A program made the position numbers and the translations under genes. Below are positions 1-8,695 of a DNA stretch of 47,813 nucleotides, in pieces. The notes below the pieces were generated by a model. That model did not search any database. It worked only from the letters and a program-made list of their open reading frames with translations, and was not told the origin of the DNA. Numbering within the stretch: the first letter of the stretch is position 1; every line of letters starts with the position of its first letter. The stretch lies in the IMG/VR virus record IMGVR_UViG_3300031696_000011. One strand, 5' to 3'. The stretch comes from a virus.

Positions 1-127
1 AAACGATTCAGCAAATATACAACCTACGTCCCCGGTGAGAAACTCATCGTGCGACTAGATCCATCCACGTTTGCAATCTCTGACTGCGAGCGTGAGCTTG
101 AGCTAGGCAACCTGTTAGGTTGGGTGG
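1..127. repeat. Left copy of exact 127-nt terminal overlap (identical to 47687..47813)
   Basis: Read directly: bases 1-127 (aaacgattcagc...ttaggttgggtgg) recur exactly as the last 127 bases. An ORF runs through the junction, so the sequence closes into a 47,686-bp unit. Confidence 0.95.
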
Positions 128-954
128 AGAAAGTATCGTCGCACAAAATGGAATACGGTTCTGCGATTCACAATGCGGCGGCGGAATTTGTCAGCAAGAA
201 GTGCACGGTCATGCAAGCGGTGCAAGTTGCGATGGAATACTTTCGTGACTGTGGTTGTGATCCCGGCAAAGACTGGCGTAACGCTGGGCATTTGCTAATG
301 ACCACGAACGGATACCTGACGAAGTATATCAACGATCCATTTCAACCCGCAACACTGGAGTTAACAGATGCCGAAGGAAAGAAATTCAAACACATCGCCG
401 TTGAGTTACCCTACGAAATACCGTTTCGCTCTTACCCGCACGTTGACATTATCCTCTGCGGAGTCATCGATTCATACGGCACGATGGATGGTGTCAAATG
501 TTTCAAAGACATTAAGTCCACGGCATCATGGGACATACCTAAGTTCTTTGAGAAGTATCGCACCAGCATTCAGCTGATGATATATGCGTGGGCAATGCGA
601 CACCTAGGTTGGGTGGACTACTACCCGCCAGCGATGATCGACGGGATATTTCTGCGAGACAACATCAACAAGACTGCGAAGTTTGAACGGTCAGGGTTTA
701 TAGACTTCGAGGATTCGCAAGTCGAGGACACAATGGATTGGGTGCGTGATAGGTGCGACAGGATTGCGACGTTGCTAGAAGAAGACGCACCATTCCTAAA
801 GAACCCGACACGGTGCGAGAAACTATTTGGCAAGTGTAAGTTTATGAACGTCTGCTGGGAGAACAACGAGACGCTACGTGATGTGCATATGCGGCGATTG
901 AAGCAAGTGATCTACGACCCGAAAACATTCGGCACACCGAACAACCAGAAATAA
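1..954 (+). CDS. PD-(D/E)XK Cas4/RecB-like exonuclease (true start is the ATG at 47678, across the junction)
   Basis: Frame 1 is open from base 1 and continues the ORF that starts at the ATG at 47678. Motifs: GVIDSYG...FKDIKS (D...D/ExK), SIQLMIYAW (QxxxY), a C-terminal Cys cluster CEKLFGKCKFMNVC and an N-terminal Cys (ISDCE), as in Fe-S Cas4/AddB nucleases. Confidence 0.75.
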   Translation, partial: KRFSKYTTYVPGEKLIVRLDPSTFAISDCERELELGNLLGWVEKVSSHKMEYGSAIHNAAAEFVSKKCTVMQAVQVAMEYFRDCGCDPGKDWRNAGHLLMTTNGYLTKYINDPFQPATLELTDAEGKKFKHIAVELPYEIPFRSYPHVDIILCGVIDSYGTMDGVKCFKDIKSTASWDIPKFFEKYRTSIQLMIYAWAMRHLGWVDYYPPAMIDGIFLRDNINKTAKFERSGFIDFEDSQVEDTMDWVRDRCDRIATLLEEDAPFLKNPTRCEKLFGKCKFMNVCWENNETLRDVHMRRLKQVIYDPKTFGTPNNQK

Positions 955-956
955 CT

Positions 957-1190
957 ATGAGCAACGAACAACCAGAGAAGCACAAGTGTGCAAGATGCAA
1001 AGGTGAACGTGTGTGCAGACATTACGCCAAACAGACTGTGGGTAGCAAAGCACAACATGTGTTTGTGTGCATACCATGCCTGGCTGACCTTGGCGAGAGT
1101 GTTATCGCGCGCAACATAAGTCGTATTGTAAACAAAGGCTACGGAACAGCTAATGACATGATTAAGAGAGCGGCAAGGAAAATAATATGA
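957..1190 (+). CDS. Small Cys-rich (zinc-ribbon-like) protein, 77 aa
   Basis: ORF packed tightly after the nuclease gene. Contains CARCKGERVC...CIPC Cys pairs. The next gene starts with an ATGA overlap. Confidence 0.6.
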   Translation: MSNEQPEKHKCARCKGERVCRHYAKQTVGSKAQHVFVCIPCLADLGESVIARNISRIVNKGYGTANDMIKRAARKII

Positions 1191-1468
1191 GCAACTCACG
1201 TAACGATCCAGACAGCAATGACAACCGTGAAGAGACGAAAGCTAATGAAGCATACATCAAAGGTTTGCAATGGCCAAACAATGATGTCCAATATGACACC
1301 GACGAACCTAGCCCTGACTATGTCGATGCGCCATTCGAAACCTATTGTATCAACGTCCACATCGAAGAGACCAGAACCTGCCACAGCGAGGAAGAGCTTG
1401 CGGAGTTTGTTCTGCTACGCAGCAATGACATGCCTCATGATCTCGACGAGCGTTACGGCGAGCACTAA
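1187..1468 (+). CDS. Acidic hypothetical protein, 93 aa
   Basis: ATGA overlap with the upstream gene. Coding-like composition. No recognisable motif. Confidence 0.55.
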   Translation: MSNSRNDPDSNDNREETKANEAYIKGLQWPNNDVQYDTDEPSPDYVDAPFETYCINVHIEETRTCHSEEELAEFVLLRSNDMPHDLDERYGEH

Positions 1469-1763
1469 ACCCTACATCAACTTTGAAAAACTTGCCGATG
1501 CAATCTACTGGGCAGAAGGCGGAAGGAAAGCTAGGGTTCCTTACGGGATACTTAGTGTGCCGGTTTCTGGACACAGGGACGCTAGACGAATCTGTATCAA
1601 CACTGTGCGAAACTCTTATCGCAGATGGGACGGAAGCGGACGATTCATTGTGCATCTCAGCAATACATACTGTCCGCGAAGTGTTAGCAAAAAGGGCAAC
1701 GACAACTGGAATAAGAACGTGAGACACTATTACTTTAACCCAAAACAAATACCAGCACAATAA
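1437..1763 (+). CDS. Hypothetical protein (~108 aa; C-terminal part of ORF 1218..1763), weak muramidase-like EGG...YGI signature
   Basis: Only the part of the ORF downstream of 1468 is free of overlap. Sequence KLADAIYWAEGGRKARVPYGIL...NDNWNKNV. Its stop overlaps the next ATG (TAATG). The start (1425 or 1437) is uncertain. Confidence 0.45.
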   Translation: MISTSVTASTKPYINFEKLADAIYWAEGGRKARVPYGILSVPVSGHRDARRICINTVRNSYRRWDGSGRFIVHLSNTYCPRSVSKKGNDNWNKNVRHYYFNPKQIPAQ

Positions 1764-2560
1764 TGTATCAATCATCATTCGCCGAACCACTTAACAAAGA
1801 CGACAAGACTATCAAGCTCGCACTTGTTGGTCCGCCGGGATCAGGCAAAACTTACTCGGCGCTTACCACATTTCCCAATCCAATCCTTGTCGACATTGAC
1901 AACAACTTGCCAACTGAACTGCAAGACAAGGGATATCCTACGATCAAATTGTGGGACGAGGATTGGCGCAAGGCTAAGTTCGGTGCTGACGGAGCGCGTG
2001 TGCTTAGATCGCTGGTAGCTTTCATGGCCAAAGAGGGCAGGTTCTTTACCGAAGAACAAACACTTATCTTCGACTCGATGTCTGCGATCAACGATCATCT
2101 TGAAGCTGATACCGAGACTGACACACCACGTCAGCCTGAAGGCGACAGAAACTTTCGCTACTGGAAAGCGCATCAGATGTGGTTGTCGATGTTTCTGCAA
2201 GCGATCCGTGCACTTAGTTGCAACGTGGTTGTGATCTGTCACGAAGATGAGCTACGTGATCCGAACACGAACATGATTAAAGCGCGACGTATTCAACTAC
2301 CGGGCAAGAAGACTTCGCCTAGGTTGCCGTCGTTCTTTAACAATGTGTTCCGTCAAGTCCGTATAGCGCTGAAAGTCAGGAAGGTTCCGATTATACCTGC
2401 GCCTAAGACTGGGCCGAAAGAGACAGAGAAGTATGACATCGCATACCTGTGGCTTATCAAACCATACGACAACTTTGATATCGCCCGCACCACAATTGTC
2501 ACTGACAAAAAGATGGTGTTGGCAACATACGAATCCTTTGGCTTAACCAAGCCTGAATAA
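1763..2560 (+). CDS. RecA-fold AAA ATPase (Sak4-like recombination/replication ATPase)
   Basis: Walker A LALVGPPGSGKTYSA near the N-terminus. Walker B-like VVVICHED. Size (265 aa) and position between a nuclease and a putative SSB match phage Sak4-type modules. Confidence 0.7.
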   Translation: MYQSSFAEPLNKDDKTIKLALVGPPGSGKTYSALTTFPNPILVDIDNNLPTELQDKGYPTIKLWDEDWRKAKFGADGARVLRSLVAFMAKEGRFFTEEQTLIFDSMSAINDHLEADTETDTPRQPEGDRNFRYWKAHQMWLSMFLQAIRALSCNVVVICHEDELRDPNTNMIKARRIQLPGKKTSPRLPSFFNNVFRQVRIALKVRKVPIIPAPKTGPKETEKYDIAYLWLIKPYDNFDIARTTIVTDKKMVLATYESFGLTKPE

Positions 2561-2618
2561 TTTTCGCAGGCACTAACGTCTGCGAGATCAAGACCGCAAC
2601 CTAAGATAGCATAAAGTT

Positions 2619-3200
2619 ATGAGTGTAGAAGAAGAAGCATTGGCCGCAGCAACAGCAGCCGCAGAGACACAATCCGAAGCAACCAGTCAGTCGAGCGAAG
2701 TCGTCAGCATTGACTTGGATGCAGCACCTGTTTCGAGTGGAGCAAGTGAAACGGACAAACCCAACATCCCTCGCGTTCCGAAATCGACGTATCAGCTTCG
2801 GTGCAAGAACGTGAAGTATGCCACGTCCAGAGCGGACAAGCCCATGCTCGTGTTTGAGTTCGAGCTTATCGCACCTGCAACCCGCATGGTTGAAGGCGTG
2901 GAGTATCGAATCGCTGGCATGGAATTCCTGTTCTATTGCTCGCTGGAGAACACGCGCAACCTCAAGACGGTTCACAAAGCGATGGATCTGCCGTTGAAGA
3001 TCGACCTCGATCCTGCGAGCGGTGTCCCTATGGGAATCGAATACATCGGCAAGGAAGTCTGGGGTGTGTGCGAATCGAAACTCGTCGAAGAGATGGGTGA
3101 GAACGAGGCTGGAGAACCCGAAGTCATGGTCAACCCAGTGACTGGCAAAGCGATGACGCGACAGATCTCCCGAATGGAGAGCATCATCACTGCTGACTAA
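2619..3200 (+). CDS. Putative ssDNA-binding/annealing accessory protein (DUF669-like), 193 aa
   Basis: Called from its position after the Sak4-like ATPase, an acidic low-complexity N-terminus and a core YQLRCKNVKYATSRADKPMLVFEFELI that resembles DUF669-type phage proteins. Judged by eye only. Confidence 0.4.
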   Translation: MSVEEEALAAATAAAETQSEATSQSSEVVSIDLDAAPVSSGASETDKPNIPRVPKSTYQLRCKNVKYATSRADKPMLVFEFELIAPATRMVEGVEYRIAGMEFLFYCSLENTRNLKTVHKAMDLPLKIDLDPASGVPMGIEYIGKEVWGVCESKLVEEMGENEAGEPEVMVNPVTGKAMTRQISRMESIITAD

Positions 3201-3220
3201 TTGTCATTGCCCTGTGACAC

Positions 3221-3260
3221 GTCCGTGACTGTGACAATTCCGTTGCAGTCACGGACTTTT
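3221..3260 (+). terminator. Intrinsic terminator
   Basis: Perfect 11-bp stem gtccgtgactg (3221-3231) / cagtcacggac (3246-3256) followed by tttt. Confidence 0.75.
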
Positions 3261-3286
3261 AGCAAACAGAGAAACAGAATAACATC

Positions 3287-4156
3287 ATGAGTAACGAACA
3301 ACGAGAACCAAGTAATCCACCTGCATACAATACGGGTGACAAATCTATGCCATTCGCTCAACGTGTCGAGAGCGATGCACCTGTTAAAGTTGCTGACATT
3401 GTGGCACCTAAACCTGTCGCGGCGACTACGACAAAACCTGCTGAACAAGGGAGTATCAAGAAGTCTGTGCCTGTTCCCAAGCCAGTGGTCCCGGTTCCTA
3501 TTCCTGGTGGTGACAGCGCAAAGGTTGACCCAATCGCTGCCGCACATGAAGCGCAGGTCACAGCAAAGTCCAGCCCGAACGCAATCACATCCGCACCTGT
3601 TGCGAACGAAGTGGTGAACCAGCGTAAAGATAATCAGCCTGTGAATATTCCTGCTAAGGTTCCCGGACCTTCGGCTGGGTTGGATCAGCAACGTGACTCA
3701 CATGCGCCACATACACGCGACGTTGACGACGATGCTGCGTTGCCTGAACAGGATCTTGCCGCGCTGCAAGTGATGTTGGAAAAGTTCGGCATGACAGTCG
3801 TGCCTACTAAGGACGCAGTTGTCTACGCCGCAGAAGAGAAGCTCGAACTGAATGTCGATGGCAAGACCGTGACAGAAGCGATGGAATATCTGCAACGTGT
3901 CGAAGAGCATGTGAAACAATTCATCGGACACAAAGGATGCAACCCGTTCTTCTTTGTCAAAGAGCGGATCACTCCGTTGCGTATGCGATTCGCAGAAGGT
4001 GAGAACAATGAGAACTTCCTCAAGGAATGCTTTCTCGTTCCGATGGACAACCAACCCACTACGTCGTGTATTAGTGGACCGCAGACGATCGAGACAGTCA
4101 TGACCACGTTGCCTGACGGTAGCAGAGGCGTCGCGCACAAAGTGCACAAATCCTAG
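3287..4156 (+). CDS. Hypothetical protein, 289 aa (Pro/Ala/Val-rich N-terminal half)
   Basis: Long ORF in the plus-strand arm. The antisense ORFs have low-complexity shadow composition. Confidence 0.6.
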   Translation: MSNEQREPSNPPAYNTGDKSMPFAQRVESDAPVKVADIVAPKPVAATTTKPAEQGSIKKSVPVPKPVVPVPIPGGDSAKVDPIAAAHEAQVTAKSSPNAITSAPVANEVVNQRKDNQPVNIPAKVPGPSAGLDQQRDSHAPHTRDVDDDAALPEQDLAALQVMLEKFGMTVVPTKDAVVYAAEEKLELNVDGKTVTEAMEYLQRVEEHVKQFIGHKGCNPFFFVKERITPLRMRFAEGENNENFLKECFLVPMDNQPTTSCISGPQTIETVMTTLPDGSRGVAHKVHKS

Positions 4157-4187
4157 ACCTAACATACAGCGTGTCAGAAATGGCGCG

Positions 4188-4475
4188 TTGTTTGATATGC
4201 CTAAACCCATAGACAATAACGAGGCTGCACAGCAAGTAATGCTGGAGCAGGATGTAATAATTAAAAACCTAAACCGTGAGGTCAGCATGCTTAAAGCGTT
4301 TACGTATATAATCATCCGTGACTATACTAAGTGTAGCATGCACAAACCGATCACAGTATCACACGATGATATCGTCAGCGTTACAGAAAGCAAGCCTGTG
4401 TTCTTGATCGAACCTAACAACGAAGTTCCTGAGAAATCCACCGGGTTCACAGTCAACATCAAACGTGAGGACTGA
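4188..4475 (+). CDS. Hypothetical protein, 95 aa
   Basis: ORF fills the gap between flanking genes and overlaps the polymerase start by 11 nt. Confidence 0.5.
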   Translation: MFDMPKPIDNNEAAQQVMLEQDVIIKNLNREVSMLKAFTYIIIRDYTKCSMHKPITVSHDDIVSVTESKPVFLIEPNNEVPEKSTGFTVNIKRED

Positions 4476-6930
4476 ACCACTACCCGGTTTCTATTGCGGC
4501 GTGACTTTGGTATTGTCAAAGCCGTCGCGATTCGATATCAAAGAAGACGAGCTAATGACTGGCATCGCTGGGACATTTGTAGACAATTGCCTACACCCAT
4601 ATGCACGTCACGAGATGGACATTCGAACCATCGACGAAGGAACTGAACTATTGCAAGGCACAAAGGTTGTGCTGCTCATGGGCCTAGAGTCGTTACGCTT
4701 TCTTGAACTCAAGGGCGTAAGTCTCAACCAGATGCGAGGCCATCCACATGAGCGCAATGGTGTTGTGTTCATACCAACCGTTCACCCACAAGATACACAA
4801 GACCTACGAGATTATGAAAGTGGTTCTGATCCTAGTATTGTTGATGCTCCTGAAGATAGTCAGAACGTCCAGGAGGAAGCGAACTCTGTTCATGCGACAA
4901 AAAACAAAGCCTCCACTGCGAGACGGAACTACAGATTCTGGTTCAAGCAAGACGTCACGAAGGCATTCCGTATTCTTCGAGATGGACTGACGCAGTATGA
5001 ATGTGTGTATCGGATTCGTCCCGCGGATTTCGTGTTCACCGAATGGGCGAGTGCACAAACTGGCGAGGACATATCGTGCGACATAGAAACCAACCCCGAG
5101 ACGTTGCGAATGACAGTGATCTCATTTGCTACAACAACAAGCGAAGTCTGGTGCATACCAATCACCGACCACAAAGGAGAACTGTGCTATGATATCGAAG
5201 TTACTGCTGAAATTTTTAAATCTATCTGTGGTCTGTTTCGTCGGAATACTATTGTGCTTCATAACGCCAGTTATGATTTGTTTGTATTGGCTTTCATGTA
5301 TCGTATTCCGCCACCACCGTATAGACAAATAAAAGACACGATGCTTATGCATCACCGACTGTTTCCTGATGTGGAAAAATCGCTCGGTCATTGTATCAGC
5401 CTATACACGGACAAGTCATACCACAAAGACGAAGGTATGTTCTTTCCGAAGAACTCAAAGCAAGACCAACAACTGTGGGTGTATAACGCAAAGGACGTTG
5501 AGACCACGTTGCTTGTGTATAACGAACTAAAGCTACGCACCGCTCGCACTCCCGGTGCCGCAGAATCTGGCGAGCAAGCATGTGAATTCATACGCACCTC
5601 GTTGCTGATGACACTACGCGGTGTGCGTGTAGACCACAGTGAACTGATTGCAAAGATCACGGAGCTTGCAGCGCGGATCGGTATCGCGGAGTATAAGATT
5701 CTCCCGATTCTTGTCGGCTACTATATCAACCCGGGTTCGCCGCAACAAGTCGCACGATACCTGTATCAGGATCTCAAGCTCAAGGCGCCGTCTAAAGATC
5801 TGACTGGCAAGAAAACACTATACAGATTCCAGACTCGCAAGTATCGCGCTTCTATTCAAGTGATCCTAGACACTCGCCGTAAGCGCACAGAGATTGGCAA
5901 GCTCAAGTCACGGCTGTATGGCGAAGGTCATACGCGAATAACTGGCGCATACAATATCGCAGGCACCAAATCAATGCGGCTATCTTCCACCAAACTTCTG
6001 GGTGTATGGGGAACGAACATGCAGAACTTCAACAAGAAGATCAAGCGGTTCATCATACCTGATCCGGGAATGGAATTGTGGCAAGTCGATCTCGCGGGCG
6101 TAGAAGCTGTGATCGTGTCACGCCTGACTAGACCGGGCAGTAACTTTCGCGAACTGTTCCGTGTTGGAATCAAGCCGCATGTGTATGTAGGGTTCAGATT
6201 GTTCTACGATCACTGGTGTGAAGTGTTCGACCAAGACCTAAGCGAGCTGCGTGAGTCTGAGATTAAAGACTTAGAGAAGTTTGATGTGTGGAAAGAGTTG
6301 GTCAGTGTGATTAAAGCATCTGACAACGACATTCCGTCACGGCGGTGGTATTACTTTGCAAAGCAGACATGCCATTCCGCGAACTATGGAATCCGCGCAC
6401 CTACGTTTGCAATGAACGTGCTAGACAAATCAGAAGGTGAAGTCGTGCTAGAAGTTCGTGACGCTACACGATTTCTGTCAGTGTATCACTCGCTATTCCC
6501 TGAGATACGTATGGACTTTCAACAAGGTGTAGCTGCGTCGCTTGAATACGACATGACACTTGTGAACTTCTTCGGCTACCCACGACTGTTCTACGGTTCG
6601 TCTGTCAACGACGCTATGCTGCGTGACGGGTATTCGTGGATACCACAATCGACTGGTAGCGGCATTACGGCGCAAGTTGCCGGTGCAGAACTACAAGCCG
6701 AACTAGACGAAGGACGTAGCGAGCTAGAATATTGTATCATGCAAAACAATCACGACTCGCTGATGGGACAAGCTCCTATTGGCACGGGTCAAGCTGTGTG
6801 TCAACGTGTAACAGATGCGATGAACGTCGAACTCACCTCACCGTTCGGTGAACAGTTCAAGCTCAAGTCTGAAGCACAAGTTGGACGTAACTGGAAAGAG
6901 ATGATCGAAGTAGATGTAATTAACAGATAA
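4465..6930 (+). CDS. Family A DNA polymerase with 3'-5' exonuclease and an N-terminal UDG-family-4-like domain
   Basis: Exonuclease motifs: ISCDIETN (Exo I), LHNASYDLFVL (Exo II), YNAKDVETT (Exo III). Polymerase motifs: QVDLAGVEAVIV (A), RRWYYFAKQTCHSANYG (B), QNNHDSLM (C). The N-terminal ~130 aa end in VVFIPTVHPQD, which resembles the UDG motif B HPS. GTG start. Confidence 0.9.
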   Translation: MRTEPLPGFYCGVTLVLSKPSRFDIKEDELMTGIAGTFVDNCLHPYARHEMDIRTIDEGTELLQGTKVVLLMGLESLRFLELKGVSLNQMRGHPHERNGVVFIPTVHPQDTQDLRDYESGSDPSIVDAPEDSQNVQEEANSVHATKNKASTARRNYRFWFKQDVTKAFRILRDGLTQYECVYRIRPADFVFTEWASAQTGEDISCDIETNPETLRMTVISFATTTSEVWCIPITDHKGELCYDIEVTAEIFKSICGLFRRNTIVLHNASYDLFVLAFMYRIPPPPYRQIKDTMLMHHRLFPDVEKSLGHCISLYTDKSYHKDEGMFFPKNSKQDQQLWVYNAKDVETTLLVYNELKLRTARTPGAAESGEQACEFIRTSLLMTLRGVRVDHSELIAKITELAARIGIAEYKILPILVGYYINPGSPQQVARYLYQDLKLKAPSKDLTGKKTLYRFQTRKYRASIQVILDTRRKRTEIGKLKSRLYGEGHTRITGAYNIAGTKSMRLSSTKLLGVWGTNMQNFNKKIKRFIIPDPGMELWQVDLAGVEAVIVSRLTRPGSNFRELFRVGIKPHVYVGFRLFYDHWCEVFDQDLSELRESEIKDLEKFDVWKELVSVIKASDNDIPSRRWYYFAKQTCHSANYGIRAPTFAMNVLDKSEGEVVLEVRDATRFLSVYHSLFPEIRMDFQQGVAASLEYDMTLVNFFGYPRLFYGSSVNDAMLRDGYSWIPQSTGSGITAQVAGAELQAELDEGRSELEYCIMQNNHDSLMGQAPIGTGQAVCQRVTDAMNVELTSPFGEQFKLKSEAQVGRNWKEMIEVDVINR

Positions 6931-6934
6931 TATC

Positions 6935-7153
6935 ATGAACAAAAATTGCGATAATCCTATGTGTATGTGGCACCACAAGCACAAACTAATCAAATCAAAA
7001 CAAGAAGACTACCCCGGTGACGACAAGATTAGCGAGTGGCAAGTTCGTGTGCCTGATGCTAAAGGTGCGATGCACACGCTTACATTTTGCGATGCCTGTG
7101 CGGACCCTATACGTGTGTTAAGAGAATTCGTAAAAACGATAGGCGCTGTCTAA
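6935..7153 (+). CDS. Small Cys/His-rich protein, 72 aa
   Basis: CDNPMCMWHH...CDAC Cys/His pairs. Tightly packed between the polymerase and helicase genes. Confidence 0.55.
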   Translation: MNKNCDNPMCMWHHKHKLIKSKQEDYPGDDKISEWQVRVPDAKGAMHTLTFCDACADPIRVLREFVKTIGAV

Positions 7154-7154
7154 G

Positions 7155-8477
7155 ATGTCTAAGACGAACTTACAACGGTGGCAGCATTTCTGCAAAGACT
7201 TGCCTTCCCCGGATATGTTCATCGAGTGGACGTGGTATTCAACCGTCGCTGCAAGTCTTGAGCGGCGTGTTTGGATTGGGCCAGATGGGATGAATCCTAT
7301 CTATCCTAACATGTTCATCATCTTTGTTGCAGAACCCGGAGGTGGCAAATCATTCGCGGCGAATCAAGCCCGAGACCATTTACTAATCCCGCTCGACAAA
7401 GTAGACGAGGCAGGTGTAGAACAGGAAGTAATCAAACGCGGACCTGATAGTGTCACACTCGCGCGACTAATCGAATACCTAAATGAACATGCCAAAGATA
7501 AACAAGTCGGAGTCCTCGACAATGGCAAGCCCAAAATCTACTCCTACGCAGGTCTATACTTCTGCGCGGGTGATGAGCTTGGGACTTTGCTTGCATCTGA
7601 TACACACGACCTCGTTACATTCCTCAATAAGTCGTGGGACGGAGGCACGTTCAAGAAGGAAACCAAGTTCGCGGGTAAAGACACTGTAAGAAACATCTGC
7701 GTCTCGCTGCTTGGTAGTTGCACACCGGAATGGATGCGCGCGAATTGTGATTCACGGATCATGAACGAAGGGTTCTCCGCTCGCACAATCTTCACTTGGG
7801 GTGGGCCTTCACGACCTGCGCCTATGTATCTTGACTATGCACAATCACAGCTCGACGACATGCTTCACCTACGCGCACATATCAAAGAGCTGACTGAGAT
7901 TTATGGTCGTATAAAGATGACTCCCGAAGTCAACGACTGGTGTAACAACTGGTCATACAAAGAGTCGAAGAAGCGGATCAACAATGACCGCAAGCTGGCA
8001 TACTACTACGGGCGTAAAAACCAACACATCCTAAAGCTTGCGATTGCAATGCGATTCAGTGACACCTACGACAGCCTCAAGCTGCGTGTGGAAGATCTTG
8101 AACGTGCATGTAACTTGCTAATGCGGACTGAGGTCCACATGTCCGATGCGCTAGCGGCAGTGACTAAGAATCCAATCGCAGCTGTGGCCGCAGAGCTTGA
8201 ACGATTCATCGTGGATAACAAACGCGTATCGTGGCAAGTGATTCTTGTCCAGTGTTTCACACTAGGCGAAGAGTGGCAACTGAAAGCTGCGCTTAGTTAT
8301 CTCACAGACTCAGGCAAAGTTTGGAAGAGCAAGGTCAGTGAAGAATGGTTCTCGAACAAGGAGAAAACCGCCGTAGTTGCTGAACCTGAATCAACTGTGG
8401 GAGATGCGCCCGTCGAACACGTAGAAGCAAAACCCACAACATCACAATCTATCACGTCAATCAACATGGAATCATGA
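7155..8477 (+). CDS. P-loop NTPase, putative SF3/D5-like replicative helicase (no primase domain recognised)
   Basis: Walker A FVAEPGGGKSF. Walker B FCAGDELG. Sensor-like LLGSCTP. 440 aa and adjacent to the polymerase. Confidence 0.55.
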   Translation: MSKTNLQRWQHFCKDLPSPDMFIEWTWYSTVAASLERRVWIGPDGMNPIYPNMFIIFVAEPGGGKSFAANQARDHLLIPLDKVDEAGVEQEVIKRGPDSVTLARLIEYLNEHAKDKQVGVLDNGKPKIYSYAGLYFCAGDELGTLLASDTHDLVTFLNKSWDGGTFKKETKFAGKDTVRNICVSLLGSCTPEWMRANCDSRIMNEGFSARTIFTWGGPSRPAPMYLDYAQSQLDDMLHLRAHIKELTEIYGRIKMTPEVNDWCNNWSYKESKKRINNDRKLAYYYGRKNQHILKLAIAMRFSDTYDSLKLRVEDLERACNLLMRTEVHMSDALAAVTKNPIAAVAAELERFIVDNKRVSWQVILVQCFTLGEEWQLKAALSYLTDSGKVWKSKVSEEWFSNKEKTAVVAEPESTVGDAPVEHVEAKPTTSQSITSINMES

Positions 8478-8695
8478 GCGAAAAAATACCAGACGCAATC
8501 AATCCGTCACACTACACTAGCCATCCTTCGGGTGTTGAGTGTATCCAAATCACAGAGCACATGGGATTTAACCTTGGCAATGCGATGAAGTATATATGGC
8601 GCGCGGATTTGAAGCACGACACAATCGAAGACCTAAAGAAAGCGAGCTGGTATCTAGCCCGTGAGATCAGCAAGCGTGAAAGACTTACGCCCTAA
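8474..8695 (+). CDS. DUF3310-family phage protein, 73 aa
   Basis: Characteristic NPSHY...GVECIQI...GNAMKYIWRA..K...EDLKKASWYL pattern. ATGA overlap with the upstream gene. Confidence 0.8.
   Translation: MSEKIPDAINPSHYTSHPSGVECIQITEHMGFNLGNAMKYIWRADLKHDTIEDLKKASWYLAREISKRERLTP

Noticed and set aside
1218-1436. 5' part of ORF 1218..1763
   Set aside because: It completely overlaps the better-supported 1187..1468 gene in another frame. Only the downstream portion (from about 1437) is kept as a gene.
2564-2585. AGGCAC...CTGCG resembling a -24/-12 element and a hairpin after the ATPase gene
   Set aside because: The GG-to-GC spacing is one nucleotide too long for sigma-54. The hairpin (tcgcag/ctgcga) has no U-tract, so it is called neither a promoter nor a terminator.
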